Of a DNA stretch of 64,000 nucleotides, positions 8,659 through 24,293 are shown in pieces. The first letter of the stretch is position 1; every line of letters begins with the position of its first letter. Position numbers and translations under genes: made by a program. A model generated the notes under the pieces. That model was not told where the DNA came from, searched no databases, and saw only the letters and a list, made by a program, of their open reading frames with translations. This stretch comes from an uncultured candidatus Porisulfidus sp. (lineage in GTDB: Bacteria; Pseudomonadota; Gammaproteobacteria; Poriferisulfidales; Poriferisulfidaceae). Where the stretch lies: assembly GCA_965204575.1 (NCBI GenBank), contig OZ241993.1:160001-224000 (forward strand), in the 5' to 3' direction.

Positions 8659-10473
8659 CTAGCGATGCTGCCCCGCGTACAACTTGGAGTACAGGCCGTC
8701 CTGATCCATCAGCTGCTGCGGGCCGCCTTGCTCGATGATCTTCCCGTCCTCCATCACGTAAACATGGTCGGCATGCCGCACGGCGCTTAATCGGTGCGCC
8801 ACGATCAGCGTCGTGCGTCCTTCGAAGCGGGCAAACAGCTCACGATGCAGACGGTCTTCAATCTGGGTATCCAGCATGGATGTGGCCTCGTCCAGGATCA
8901 GGATCTCCGGATCCATCAGCACGGTCCGGGCAATCGAGAGGCGTTGCCTCTGGCCTCCCGAAAGCCGAACCCCGTCCACTCCGAGCTGGGTCTCCAGTTT
9001 CTGCGGCAAGGCCTGCGCCCATTCCCCAAGCTGGGAAACCCGCAGGGCTTCCCACAGCGCATCGTCGGACAGGGATTGCCCCAGCGTCAGGTTCGATCGA
9101 AGCGTATCGTTGAACAGGGTCGGGTGCTGGAGCACGATCGCGACATTTTCCCGCACCATCTCGAAGCCGACCTCCCGTACGGACCGCCCCCCGAACCGGA
9201 TCTCGCCCGAATCGGCCGGATACAGGCCGAGCAGGACCTGCATGAGGGTCGATTTCCCGGCTCCGCTGGCTCCCACGAACGCCACCCTCTCTCCCGCCGC
9301 CACCCGCAGGGTAATACCGTTCAATGTCGGCTGCTCGGGGGTGAAAGAAAAATGCACGTCTTCAAGTTCCAGGGACGTGGTGGGAACGGCGTCGAACGGG
9401 TCGTGAACATGAGGATATTGAGGCTCTTCCTGGAACTTCAGAATCCGGTTGACCCGGCTCAACGCGGCAGACGCCGCGTAGTAGGCGTACTGCACGCCGA
9501 GCAATTCCTGCACGGGTGCGATCATGAACCACAGGTAGCCGAACACCGCCATCATCTCCCCGATGCTGAGATCGGAAAACACCACCATCAGCATGCTGAC
9601 CGCACGGAAGATATCGAAACCGAGCAGGAACACGGTGCCCGAGGCCCGATTCGCCATCTCGCTCTTCCAGAAGTAGGCCGTGGACCAGTCGCGGACGCCC
9701 CGCGCCTCATCCATCACGCGAAGAATGTAATGGCGTTCCCGGTTGTGTGCCCGGATCTGGTGGATTCCATCCAAAGTTTCGGTCAGGGACTGCTGGAAGT
9801 GTTCAATTGCAGAATTCTCTCGTTTTTTCAACTCCTTGACTCGCCGCCCCAGTACAATCGTGAAATAGATCACCAACGGGTTCATGCACAGAATGAACAG
9901 TGCCAGGCCCCAGTGCAGCCACAGCAGTACGGCCGCCGTCCCCACGATGGTGAGGCCGGCCACCACGAACTTGCCCACGGTGATGGCCACGAAGTCGTCG
10001 ATGGTCTGCAGGTCCGTGACCAAGTGGGCCGAGACCGTGCCGCTGCCCAGGGTTTCGTATTCGGACAGGCTGGTCCGCTCAAGCCGTTGCAGCAACTGGC
10101 AACGCAACCGGTACACCATGTCCTTGGAGATGGTCGCCAGTTCCCGCACCTGGAACGCATGCAACAGGATCGATGTGAGCCGCAGAAAGATTGCCACGAG
10201 CAGGATCACGCCGACGTACAGGATCGGGCCGTGCCATGACTCGGGCGACCACGCCTGGATCAAGGGGACCAGGAATGCCGGCTGCTCCAGCAGAACCTCG
10301 TCCACCAGTAAGGGCATAAGCAACGGCAGCGGGACACTTGCGGCCGTCGCGGCGATCGCCACCAAGTGCGCATCAATCAACTGCCGGCGATGGTGCCGGA
10401 TCAGGTAGACCAGATAGCGAAGGGTGTATTCCTTAGGTGGCTTGCCTTCGACAACCTGCGCCGTTGCGGTCAT
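8659..10473 (-). CDS. ABC exporter, fused permease/ATP-binding protein
   Basis: TM domain plus Walker A GASGAGKS, LSGGQRQR, ILDEAT, AHRLS. Start MTATAQ overlaps the thioredoxin stop. Confidence 0.92.
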   Translation of the reverse strand: MTATAQVVEGKPPKEYTLRYLVYLIRHHRRQLIDAHLVAIAATAASVPLPLLMPLLVDEVLLEQPAFLVPLIQAWSPESWHGPILYVGVILLVAIFLRLTSILLHAFQVRELATISKDMVYRLRCQLLQRLERTSLSEYETLGSGTVSAHLVTDLQTIDDFVAITVGKFVVAGLTIVGTAAVLLWLHWGLALFILCMNPLVIYFTIVLGRRVKELKKRENSAIEHFQQSLTETLDGIHQIRAHNRERHYILRVMDEARGVRDWSTAYFWKSEMANRASGTVFLLGFDIFRAVSMLMVVFSDLSIGEMMAVFGYLWFMIAPVQELLGVQYAYYAASAALSRVNRILKFQEEPQYPHVHDPFDAVPTTSLELEDVHFSFTPEQPTLNGITLRVAAGERVAFVGASGAGKSTLMQVLLGLYPADSGEIRFGGRSVREVGFEMVRENVAIVLQHPTLFNDTLRSNLTLGQSLSDDALWEALRVSQLGEWAQALPQKLETQLGVDGVRLSGGQRQRLSIARTVLMDPEILILDEATSMLDTQIEDRLHRELFARFEGRTTLIVAHRLSAVRHADHVYVMEDGKIIEQGGPQQLMDQDGLYSKLYAGQHR

Positions 10474-10835
10474 GAAGCGGAACGTTCTCTGATTTGATCG
10501 TGAATCGGTTTCATATCCAGTGCTTTCGCCTTCTGCACCAAGTCTTCCAGTTGGGCGATGGACAGCGCGCCCGGCTGCGCAAACAGTTGAATCTGCTCGC
10601 GGAACAGCATCAAGGTGGGAATCGAGCGAATCTGAAACGCCTGGGCCAATTCCGCCTGCTCTTCGGTATCGATCTTGCCAAAAACAATGTCCGGGTGATT
10701 CCCCGACACCGTTTCGAACACGGGCGCGAAACTCTTGCACGGCCCGCACCATTCGGCCCAGAAATCCACCACCACGATGTCGTTGTTGTCGACGGTATCG
10801 TTGAAATTCTCCTTGGTCAGTTCAATGACGCTCAT
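10470..10835 (-). CDS. trxA: Thioredoxin
   Basis: DFWAEWCGPCK and IRSIPTL motifs. Confidence 0.92.
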   Translation of the reverse strand: MSVIELTKENFNDTVDNNDIVVVDFWAEWCGPCKSFAPVFETVSGNHPDIVFGKIDTEEQAELAQAFQIRSIPTLMLFREQIQLFAQPGALSIAQLEDLVQKAKALDMKPIHDQIRERSAS

Positions 10836-10861
10836 TTGAGTCTCCTATGCTCCAAGCGCCA

Positions 10862-12208
10862 TCACAGACGCGATTCCAGATGTTGACAAATGTCCGACCC
10901 TGCACGATTGCTCATGACCAGGACGACACCGCCGGATACGAGTTGCTCACGAATCTGCGCCTCCAGAGTGGCCAGATCGGTCGTGACGCTAACCTGCCCG
11001 TGAGCCTGCCCCCATTCCGCGGCATCCCACTGCATCTCCTGCGACACGTGCAACCAGTTCCGGTCCGCCTCCTGCAAGGCTTCGGCAAGGGAATCCCGGT
11101 GTACGCCCAGCCGCATACTGTTCGAGGCCGGCTCGACCACCGCAAGAATTGGCTGATCCGGATGTCGTTCTCTCACGGCTTCGATGCTCGCACGTATTTC
11201 GGTCGGATGATGGGCAAAATCATCATACAGGTAGACTCCCCCGTTGCGGGTAGGGCGCTGTGTCAGCCGACGCAGAACACCTTCGAAAGATGCCAGCGCA
11301 TCGGCTGCCGTCTGCACCGGGATGCCGGCATGTACCGCCGCCGCCACGGCGGCCGTGGCATTCAATGCATTGTGCCTCCCCAAAGGTTGATGACCTCGCG
11401 CCACGTAGGTCGCTCCGTCATACTGGACCGCCAACTCCTGCCCGGGTTGCCACTGGCAGCCCCAGTCACTGTCTTCCTCGAAACCGAACGTCTCCACCGG
11501 AGTCCAGCATCCCATGTCCAAGACTTTCTGCAAGTTCGGGTCGCCTGCCCGACACAGGATGCGGCCTTCGCTCGGGACCGTGCGCAGCAGATGATGAAAC
11601 TGGCGCTGGATGGCCTCGAGGTCGTCAAAAATGTCCGCGTGGTCGTATTCCAGGTTGGTCAGGACCAGCGTCCGCGGACGGTAGTGGACAAATTTCGACC
11701 GCTTGTCGAAAAATGCCGTGTCGTATTCATCGGCCTCGATCACAAAATGCGGCGGTTGCCCGGCCTGGGCGCTCTTCTGCGTCCGTGCCGCCACCCCTCC
11801 GATCAGGTATCCCGGAGACCCGCCCGCTTCGATCAGGATGTGCGCCAGCATCGCGCTGGTCGTGGTCTTGCCGTGCGTGCCCGCGACCGCCAGCACCCAG
11901 CGCTCACGCAGCAGGTGATCCCGAAGCCATTGGGGACCCGAGACGTACGGGATCGAACTGTTCAACAACTGCTCGACGATCGCATGGCCCCGGCTCATCA
12001 CGTTGCCCACGACCACGCAATCCGGAGGCGGTTCCAGGTGCGACCACTCGTAACCGACACGGCACTCCACCCCGGCCTGTTCCAGCTGGGTGCTCATGGG
12101 AGGATAAAGCGCCGCGTCGGATCCGGTGACCCGATGCCCACACTCGGAGGCGATCCGGGCAATACCGGCCATGAAGCTTCCGGCTACGCCCAAGATGTGG
12201 AGATGCAC
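10862..12208 (-). CDS. mpl: Murein peptide ligase Mpl
   Basis: HLHILGVAGSFMAG, YPPMSTQL, AVAGTHGKTTT, EADEYDTAFFDKRSKF, DDFAHHPT. GTG start at 12208. Confidence 0.95.
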   Translation of the reverse strand: MHLHILGVAGSFMAGIARIASECGHRVTGSDAALYPPMSTQLEQAGVECRVGYEWSHLEPPPDCVVVGNVMSRGHAIVEQLLNSSIPYVSGPQWLRDHLLRERWVLAVAGTHGKTTTSAMLAHILIEAGGSPGYLIGGVAARTQKSAQAGQPPHFVIEADEYDTAFFDKRSKFVHYRPRTLVLTNLEYDHADIFDDLEAIQRQFHHLLRTVPSEGRILCRAGDPNLQKVLDMGCWTPVETFGFEEDSDWGCQWQPGQELAVQYDGATYVARGHQPLGRHNALNATAAVAAAVHAGIPVQTAADALASFEGVLRRLTQRPTRNGGVYLYDDFAHHPTEIRASIEAVRERHPDQPILAVVEPASNSMRLGVHRDSLAEALQEADRNWLHVSQEMQWDAAEWGQAHGQVSVTTDLATLEAQIREQLVSGGVVLVMSNRAGSDICQHLESRL

Positions 12209-12227
12209 GCCGACTGGATTGCGCCGC

Positions 12228-12992
12228 CTATCTGGCGAACACCCACTCCGTTTCCGTCGACATCTCCGGAGAATACCGGTAACCCCCGTCGGTGAATCCG
12301 GTAATCGCATCCACCTTGGTCAGGCGGTTCTTGATGATGTGGCGGGTCATCATGCCCCGCGCCTTCTTGGCAAATAATCCGATAACTCGGTACTGGCGGC
12401 CTTTTCGCTCCTTGAACACCGGAGTGATGACCGGCACATCGAGCCCTTCCGGATGAACCGCCTTGAAATACTCCTGGGAAGCCAAGTTGACCAGCACCGG
12501 GCCCTTCTGGCCGGACAGTGCCTCGCAGAGACCCTCGGTGATCCGGTTGCCCCAGAATTGATACAGGTTGTCGCCGCGCGAAGTCCCCAGCCGGGTGCCC
12601 ATTTCCAGCCGATACGGCTGGATCAGATCAAGCGGACGCAGCAGGCCGTAAAGGCCGGACAGGATGCGCAAGTGCTTCTGCGCGAAATTCAGGTCGTGCC
12701 GGGTGAAGTCCCCCGCGCCCAATCCCGTGTAGACGTCTCCTTTGAACGTCAATGCGGCCGGACGGGCGTTGTCCGAGGTAAACGGGGTCTTCCATTGATG
12801 GTAGCGGTCGAAGTTCAGGTTGGCGATCTTCATGCTCACGCGCATCAGTTCCGCGATGTCGTCCGGCGACAACTCGCGAAGGCAGCGTATCAACTGGCGG
12901 GATTCCTTCAGGTAATCCGGTTGCGTGCAGATCGCGGCATCCGCGCACGCCTCGGAATCCAATGTCTTGGAGGGAGAAAGGACAACTAGCAT
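12228..12992 (-). CDS. yaaA: Peroxide stress protein YaaA
   Basis: MLVVLSPSKTLD, FKGDVY, ILSGLYGLLRPLD, YRLEMG, NLASQEY, AKKARG. Confidence 0.95.
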   Translation of the reverse strand: MLVVLSPSKTLDSEACADAAICTQPDYLKESRQLIRCLRELSPDDIAELMRVSMKIANLNFDRYHQWKTPFTSDNARPAALTFKGDVYTGLGAGDFTRHDLNFAQKHLRILSGLYGLLRPLDLIQPYRLEMGTRLGTSRGDNLYQFWGNRITEGLCEALSGQKGPVLVNLASQEYFKAVHPEGLDVPVITPVFKERKGRQYRVIGLFAKKARGMMTRHIIKNRLTKVDAITGFTDGGYRYSPEMSTETEWVFAR

Positions 12993-13024
12993 GGTTGGGT
13001 GATGGGTAGTCCCGAAACCTAGGA

Positions 13025-17126
<4,102 letters not shown>

Positions 17127-17134
<8 letters not shown>

Positions 17135-20100
17135 GGCCGACCTCCGCCTGCTCGACCATTTCCATCGCCTGGGCCACGTTCACGGTGACCAGCCGGGATA
17201 CGCCGGGCTCGTTCATCGTCACTCCGATCAACTGGTCGACATGCTCCATGGTGATCTTGTTGTGCGTGACGATGATGAACTGAACCTGTTCGCCCATCTC
17301 GTTCAGAATCTGGCAGAAGCGCATCAGGTTGTCATCGGACAGGGGGGCGTCCACCTCGTCCAGGATGCAGAACGGCGCCGGGTTCAGCATGAACAGCGAC
17401 AGCACCAGCGCCACGGCGACCATCGCCTGCTCCCCGCCGGACAGCATGTGCATGTTGCGGTAGCGTTTCCCGGGAGGCCGCGCACGGACTTCGATGCCGG
17501 TGCTGAGGAGATTCTGCTCGGTCATCACCAGGTTGGCCTCGCCACCCTCACCGATGATGCGCGGGAACATCTGCTTCAGGTTTTCATTGACCTGGCTGAA
17601 CGTCCGGCGAAAACGCTCGCGTGTCTCACGATCAATTCTCTCCATGGCATGGTTCAGTTTTTCAAGTGCCGCCTGAATGTCGTTCATCCGCTCTTCTTCC
17701 TTGTTCTTCTGCTCCAGCAACTCATCGTATTCCCGCGCTGCCGCCATGTTGACCGGCGGCATTCTCTCCAGTCGGCGAAGAACCCGGGACGCCTTCTCTT
17801 CCCACTGGTCCGCATCGGCGTCCTCCGGCAGGGCCTGCAGAATCTGCTCGGGTTCGCATTCGTGCTCGCGCAGCAGGCTGAGCAACTGCTCGCAGGCGTT
17901 CTCAATTTCCTGCCGCTTCAAGTCCTTGTCGTGCAGGTCCTTCCCCAGTTCCGTATATCTTTGGTTGGACTCCCAGCGCTTGCGATCCAACTCGTTCGAC
18001 TCCGAGTTCAACTGGTCGGATGCGGCCCGTTCCCGGCGCAAGTGTTCTTCCGCTTCCCGCTCCTTTTCCCGCTTTTCCTTCAACCGCCGCTCCAGGTCTT
18101 CGTCTTCCTGAACCGCAGCCAGACCCTGCGACAGTTGATCCCGGCGTATGCGATGCCGCTGCAGCGTGTTCTGTTCCCGGGACCATTGCTGCTGCCGGGT
18201 CTCGATCCTCATCTGCGCCGTATTGACCTCTAATTGAAACCGGTTCAGTTCTTCGGACTGTCGCCGGACCGCCTCGTCGCTTTTGCGCAGGACTTCCTCC
18301 GCATCGGCATGGGCCACATTCGCGCGGACGCTGTCTTGATCCAAGTCCTCGATCTGCTGCTCGCATCGCTGCAGCCTGTTTTGGGATTGCCGGATATCCC
18401 GTTGCAGCTTTTCCAGCCGCTGAGCCTGGTTTTCGAGCCCCTGCAGTTGAGCCTTGCTGGCGGCGAACCCCTCGAATGCCTGATCGTATTCGGCCTGCAG
18501 GGCGGAACGACGCTCTTCCTGCTGCCTCAATTCCTGTTCCGCGGCCTGCTTGCATTGTCCCGTTTCCCCGGATTCGGATTCCAACTGCTTCAGTTTTTCT
18601 CCCAGCGCCTCGATTTCACGCCGCCGTTCCAGCGCCCCTTCCGCCTGGCCTTCCGCGGCCGGCAGACGGATCCAGCCCGGGCCCAGCCAAACCCCGCTCT
18701 GAGTGATGATCGACTGATGCGGCAGCAATGAATCACGCACGGCGCAAGCCTGCTCCAGAGTCTCCGCAGCCAGCACGCCGCCCAGCTGGGACTCCAGCGA
18801 GAACGGGCTCTTGACCCGGCTTGCCAGCGACATGCGGTCAGGCTCGCGCGCCCCGGACGACCGGCGATCCAGCAACATCAGCGGGCTGGTCCCCGGCACC
18901 CGCGTTTCGTCGACCGTCTCTGGCAGCCCTTCCACGCAAAACGCTTCCAGGTTTTCCGCCAACACGGTTTCCACTGCGAATTCCCAACCGCTTTCCACTT
19001 CGATGTGGTTCATCAAGCGTTCTCCCTGCAGGCGCATCTCCTGCAAGGCCTTCGCATGCGCTTCCGAATCACTCGTCAGGCCTGCTTGTTGCAGGGCTTC
19101 CAGCGAAGCCAGACGCCCCTGTGCCTGGGTCTTCTGCTCCTGCGCCGCCGCCAGTGCTTTCTCGTGCTGCTTCAGGTCCAGACGGGCCTGCTGAATCTGA
19201 TCCCAGTTCTGCTCCAGCTGCTCCTTGCACTGCTGCCAGGAAAGCCTCGCCGCATCGCATTTCTCTTTCAACGCGGTCCGCGGGTCTCCGCTTGCTTCCA
19301 CCGCTCCCCCCGTCTCCCGCAGATGCTGCAATTCGTTCTTGTATTGCTGTAATTGCGTCTGCTCCCGGGTTCGTTCTTCGCGGATGGAGCCGCCCTGCTC
19401 GCGGATCGTGTCGATTTTTTCCTGGCACTGCCGGAGAGCCTCGGCCTGCTCCGTTCTCAAGGTTTCCGTCTTTTCCTGTTCGGCCTGAATTCTGGCCAGT
19501 TCCTGGCTATTCTGGTCATGCTGCTGACCAAGGCGCTGCAAATCCTCCTGAACTTTCCCTCCGCTCTCCTCCAATTCCGCGATCTCCACATCCAGCCGCT
19601 CGATTTCCTGGATCGCCTGCCCTTTCCGTTCGCGTTGCAGGCGGATCCGCTGATCGATGGAGCCCGCATCCGCCAGGAGTTGCTGGTGGAGCGCCACCGC
19701 TTCATCCATTGACCGTCGGTTCAGATCGCATTCGCTGCGTTTCTTCTCGAAATCCTCGTTCAGGGTCTGAAGTTTGTTCCCTTCCTGAATACGTTTTTTC
19801 TCGACGCCTGCGTATTCCTTCTCCCGGTCTCCCAAGATCTTGCGCCGCTCCCGGAGTTGCAGGCTGACCCATTCGTTTTCACGTGCACGATGTTCTTTCT
19901 GCAGGGATTCAAGCTTGCTCGCCTGCCCTTTTTGCTGTTTCAGATGGCGCAAGCGTTGCTCGTGCTCTTGCAGTATGTCCTGCAATCGGTCGAGATTCTC
20001 TTCGGTGCGGCGTATCCGGTTCTCGGTGTCCCGGCGACGTTCCCGGTACAGGGAAATCCCGGCGGCTTCCTCGATGTATTTGCGCATCTCGTCAGGTTTC

Positions 20101-20567
20101 GCCTCGATCAGCCCCTGCACCATGCCCTGGGCGATGATGGCGTAATTGCCCCGGCCGAGTCCGGTGCCCTGGAACAGGTCGGAGACATCCTTGCGGCGGA
20201 CGTGAGTGCCGTTGATGTAGTAGCGGGACTGGTGCTCCGCTTCGCGGGAGACTTCGCGGCGGATCCTGATTTCGCTGAAATTCGCGTATTCGCCCCCGAT
20301 CCGCCCGAGGCTGTTGTCGATGACGACTTCGATCGAAGCCTGATCCAACCGCTTCCGGGCCTCCGAGCCGTCGAAGATGATGTCGTCGAGGGTTTCGCCG
20401 CGGATGTTGCGGGCGCTTTCGCCGAGAACCCAGCGGATGGCATCGATGATATTGGACTTGCCGCAACCGTTGGGACCGACCACGCCGGTCAGCGGCAGAT
20501 CGAAGATAACCCGGGTCGGCTCCACAAAAGACTTGAAGCCGGACATCTGGATGCTGGTCAAGCGCAT
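17127..20567 (-). CDS. smc: Chromosome segregation protein SMC
   Basis: GFKSF, GPNGCGKSN, long coiled coils, hinge, LSGGE, PFCILDEVDAPL. Confidence 0.97.
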
Positions 20568-20639
20568 GTCAGGTCGCCCTGTATTAGAATGGCGGCATCG
20601 TCAACCGGGGCAGAAAACTGACCTGAAAGCGGCTACTCC

Positions 20640-21038
20640 ATGACTGCCCAGCCATCCAAAACACTTGAGACGTTTGATAATCCTGAACCTGCACGGGATT
20701 ATACTATTCGCCTGGAAATTCCGGAGTTCACTTGCCTGTGTCCGTTGACCGGACAGCCTGATTTTGCGGCATTAACTCTCGAATATGTCCCGGACGCCCT
20801 GTGCGTCGAACTCAAGTCCCTCAAGCTGTATATCGGGTCCTTCCGGGACGAAGGGGCGTTCCATGAGGCCGTCAGCAACCAGATTCTCAATGATCTCGTG
20901 AAGCTTTTGGCTCCCCGCTTCATGCGGCTGACCGCAGCATTCCGGGTGCGGGGCGGCATCGCCACCACGGTTACGGTCGAACGCCGGAAAGAAGGCTGGG
21001 TCTCGCCCGAGTCCGTCGCCCTCCCCCCGGCGCGTTGA
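20640..21038 (+). CDS. queF: PreQ1 synthase (7-cyano-7-deazaguanine reductase), unimodular type
   Basis: [32 protein letters not shown] motifs. Confidence 0.95.
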   Translation: MTAQPSKTLETFDNPEPARDYTIRLEIPEFTCLCPLTGQPDFAALTLEYVPDALCVELKSLKLYIGSFRDEGAFHEAVSNQILNDLVKLLAPRFMRLTAAFRVRGGIATTVTVERRKEGWVSPESVALPPAR

Positions 21039-21778
21039 AAGACTTCCTGATCGGCTTCGGGTATCCCTGGCGTGGACTGGGCGTCCTGTTCCAGCCGCGC
21101 CTGCGCGCGTTGGCGTGGTGGCCCATCATCATCAATGTCGTACTGTTCTCCGTTGGCTTTTATCTCCTGATCGTAGAAATCAACAATTGGATATCCGGTC
21201 TCTTGCCCGATTGGCTGGCATGGCTGGAGTGGCTGCTGTGGCCGCTGTTCATGCTGATCGCGCTGGCCGCCACGCTGTTCAGCTTCGCCCGTATTGCCAA
21301 TTTGATCGCCGTGCCGTTCAATGCCCGGCTCTGCCGGGCGCTGATGCGGATGCGACCGGACGATCCGCTGACGCAGGCCGCGGAAAAACAGACGTGGCGC
21401 AATGATTTGCGCCTGATCGGCCACGAGGTCCTGAAACTTGCCGTCTATCTCGCGTGGTTTCTCCCTTTGCTTGCCATGTCTTTCATCCCTTTTATCGGTT
21501 TCCTTGCCCAGATCGTGCTCCTGTACTACGGAATGTACTGGTGCGCCCTGGAGTACCTGGACTACCCGCTCAGCGAGGCAGGGACCCCGATGCGACAGAT
21601 CCGGACCCGGCTTCGCGAACAGAGGTTCCTGACCCTGGGGTTCGGGGCGGGCCAGCTTTTGCTGTCCCTGACCCCGGTGTTCAACCTGATGTCCGTCCCT
21701 GCCGGGGTCGTTGCCGCCACTCGGCTGTGTCAGGAAAAGCCGGTTGATTTTCCGCTTCCTGGCCGGAACCTCGAATGA
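21035..21778 (+). CDS. cysZ: CysZ/EI24-domain membrane protein
   Basis: [35 protein letters not shown] motifs. Confidence 0.85.
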   Translation: MKDFLIGFGYPWRGLGVLFQPRLRALAWWPIIINVVLFSVGFYLLIVEINNWISGLLPDWLAWLEWLLWPLFMLIALAATLFSFARIANLIAVPFNARLCRALMRMRPDDPLTQAAEKQTWRNDLRLIGHEVLKLAVYLAWFLPLLAMSFIPFIGFLAQIVLLYYGMYWCALEYLDYPLSEAGTPMRQIRTRLREQRFLTLGFGAGQLLLSLTPVFNLMSVPAGVVAATRLCQEKPVDFPLPGRNLE

Positions 21779-21891
21779 GAACCCCAAAACTATCGGCATT
21801 TGCTTTGCCAAAGTGACCCCGTCCGATCAGCGAGGCAGGTTGACGTGCTTCACCGCCGCAGGAATGGCCGCAACGTCTTGGTGTGGGGTTA

Positions 21892-23667
21892 CTATCTCGG
21901 CACGAGCCGGGCTTCGTATTCCGCTCTTCCGAGGTCTATCAGGAAATCCCTGATCTCTTTGGGATTCCGCGACTGGATGTAGTGCCTTGCTTCCGATGTG
22001 CTTGGGCAATTCCGGCGCGTGACGTTGAGCGCGCCGCTCCCGAAATCTTCGCCATCCCCGAGAATAACAACCGTGACTTCAATGTCACCTTCTTCCCGCG
22101 GTGACGAGAGTGACTCTCCCTTCATGTACTGGCAGAACCTCGCGATATTCGAGACACTGTTGTGGGCGCTTGGAGAAGTGGGGCTGGACGCGAAATACCC
22201 CTCGTTGGAGAAGCCGTCCGAAAAGTATATGAACTTCTTTCGGACCTCGGAGCTGAAATCCGCCGGCACACCCTCGGTTATCCCCCTGCCGTCGCTCGCC
22301 GAATGCCACACATCCCTCCAATTGGGATGCAGGGCCCGGTAGCCCCATGCGAAGCCCTCATCCGCGGCGGTCTGATAGATGCCGCTGTATCCACCGATAT
22401 GGCGAAGCAGTTCCCGTCTGGAGTTCGAGGCCACCAGCATCGGCTGGCCGCATCCGGGATATGCGCTGACCGCATAGTCCCAGTCACCCGGATAATCCTT
22501 CGCAAACTGGACCGTGTACACGGATCGATCCAGACGCAAATAATCAATCGCCCGAATGTCCGCCGGCGCAAGACCCCTTTCTCCCTGACCTTGGGACAAC
22601 TTCAGGTCCTTCGGCGGGTTCCTGCCACGTGTTTTGCAGGGGCATTGTCCATATACTCTTTCGTCACTTTCACAGGTTGTGCGTCTTTCGCATGACGCAT
22701 CGCCCTCTCCCATGAGCAGATCAAATCCCCTCCGTTGCGACCGGGGCGGGTTCTCCAGAAGATCCGCGTACGCCGCAGACAACCCCTCTCCCGCCGCCAT
22801 GGGCAGCCAGTCCGTGTTGCCGGCATTCGACTTGCGGGCGACGCAGGCGCCTCCCCGCGCCGCCTCCGGCCCCCTGGAGTCAAGAAAGTTGGAATAGCCC
22901 TTCTCTCTGGCGACCAGGCTGGCGACCCGGTTGCCCCCGCGGGTCGCCTGTCTTCCCCGGTAGCGCGGGATCGTCTGCGATTCCGGGGTAATCAGTTCGT
23001 CCGCATAACGGGCCCCGATATTGACGTTATCGCTGAACTCCACGATACTGACCCAGACGTCAGAACTGGTCTCGTCCGAACCGAAAAGGTTGTTCACGAA
23101 CCCCCGCAAGCCGTCCCGGACATTCTCGATCGAGTTGTAATTCTGCATCGAGGCGGATGCGTCCAGAACCAGCGCATATTCGGTCTTGATGCGCCGCCGT
23201 TCGGCCCTGAATCTATTTTCCGCGGTAATTGCGGTGTCTTCGACTTCGGTAATCTTCGCCTTCAACAATGGCGCATAGATTGCTTCGTACGGCAGGGTTG
23301 CGGATGCATTGGAGAACGACGTTTCCTCATCGCCGGAACCTTCTCCATCGTCGGCGTCGGATCCGAGCACGATTTTTTCCGGCTCCCCGGACCCGAGCAC
23401 GCTCCCGGTATTGAAACGGACAAGCCTCTCCTGAACGGACTGCAATTCCCCCGCTGCCGCGGCGGGCCCTTCTTTCGCGCCAAAGACGGCATTGACGGCC
23501 ACGGCCCGGCCGAGGCGGAGGTCAACCGAGTGGTAGTGGATCGCCTCGAAGGCGAGCAGTCCGGACCCGAGCATGGGAATGACCAGCAGGGCTCCGGTGA
23601 GAGCGATGGCCCCCTTCCCCGACAGCAGGAAACCACGCGCCTCGACATTTGTCCGCAACAGTTTCAT
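21892..23667 (-). CDS. tadG: TadG-like pilus-associated protein with vWA domain
   Basis: Pseudopilin-like N-terminal G plus hydrophobic helix, MIDAS LVLDASASM, GFAWGYRALHPNW, FSDG. Last gene of the tad operon. Confidence 0.8.
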   Translation of the reverse strand: MKLLRTNVEARGFLLSGKGAIALTGALLVIPMLGSGLLAFEAIHYHSVDLRLGRAVAVNAVFGAKEGPAAAAGELQSVQERLVRFNTGSVLGSGEPEKIVLGSDADDGEGSGDEETSFSNASATLPYEAIYAPLLKAKITEVEDTAITAENRFRAERRRIKTEYALVLDASASMQNYNSIENVRDGLRGFVNNLFGSDETSSDVWVSIVEFSDNVNIGARYADELITPESQTIPRYRGRQATRGGNRVASLVAREKGYSNFLDSRGPEAARGGACVARKSNAGNTDWLPMAAGEGLSAAYADLLENPPRSQRRGFDLLMGEGDASCERRTTCESDERVYGQCPCKTRGRNPPKDLKLSQGQGERGLAPADIRAIDYLRLDRSVYTVQFAKDYPGDWDYAVSAYPGCGQPMLVASNSRRELLRHIGGYSGIYQTAADEGFAWGYRALHPNWRDVWHSASDGRGITEGVPADFSSEVRKKFIYFSDGFSNEGYFASSPTSPSAHNSVSNIARFCQYMKGESLSSPREEGDIEVTVVILGDGEDFGSGALNVTRRNCPSTSEARHYIQSRNPKEIRDFLIDLGRAEYEARLVPR

Positions 23668-24293
23668 CGGTTCAAGTCCCTCCTCAAGGCAACGAAACGG
23701 CTTTCGACCCATTCGGGCAATACGAAAGTGGACAGGCTCGGATGGGGTGCCCGGTACCGGTAGCAGACGCGGACCACCAGGTAGATCGGCCTCGCGAAGT
23801 TGCGAGCCGTCACGACACCTGGAGCTGGAAAGAGTTCTTCGGTGAACGCGGAGACCACGTCCACATCGCCGGGGCATTCCTCGCCGACCTCCCACGGCAG
23901 ATAGAACCTGCCTCGTCCACGATCGACGGAATACCAGACCGCTTCGATGCCGATTCCGCCAACGTCTCCGTCATTGTCCACCATCATATCGACCAACCGC
24001 AACCAATGCTCCTGGCTCAGATCGATGGCGTTGTAGACCGCGCCCAATAGGGCCGCAACCCGGTTGTCTGGGTCGGGCACCACGGGACGCTCATCGACCA
24101 CGACTTCGGCGAACGAAGCGGTCGCCCTGTGGACGGCGGCGCGGACAAGCAGGTATCGACCGACATCGAATGCACCGTAGAGCAGGATCAGCAGGACGGG
24201 AATGATCAGGGCGGTCTCGACCGCGACGTCGCCGCGCGAACCGGCGCCCGGCCGGTCACGTCGCCTGCCCGCCTCACCGGAAAGCGGGCTCAT
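23664..24293 (-). CDS. tadF: TadE/TadF-like pseudopilin
   Basis: RGDVAVETALIIPVLLILLYG processing motif. Confidence 0.78.
   Translation of the reverse strand: MSPLSGEAGRRRDRPGAGSRGDVAVETALIIPVLLILLYGAFDVGRYLLVRAAVHRATASFAEVVVDERPVVPDPDNRVAALLGAVYNAIDLSQEHWLRLVDMMVDNDGDVGGIGIEAVWYSVDRGRGRFYLPWEVGEECPGDVDVVSAFTEELFPAPGVVTARNFARPIYLVVRVCYRYRAPHPSLSTFVLPEWVESRFVALRRDLNR

Noticed and set aside
10474-10752. N-terminal extension of the ABC transporter (apparent 697-aa protein)
   Set aside because: Overlaps thioredoxin in another frame. The ATG at 10473 coupled to the trxA stop is the plausible start.
8794-12295. 481-aa and 482-aa plus-strand ORFs
   Set aside because: Antisense shadows of the ABC transporter and mpl, with no recognisable motifs.
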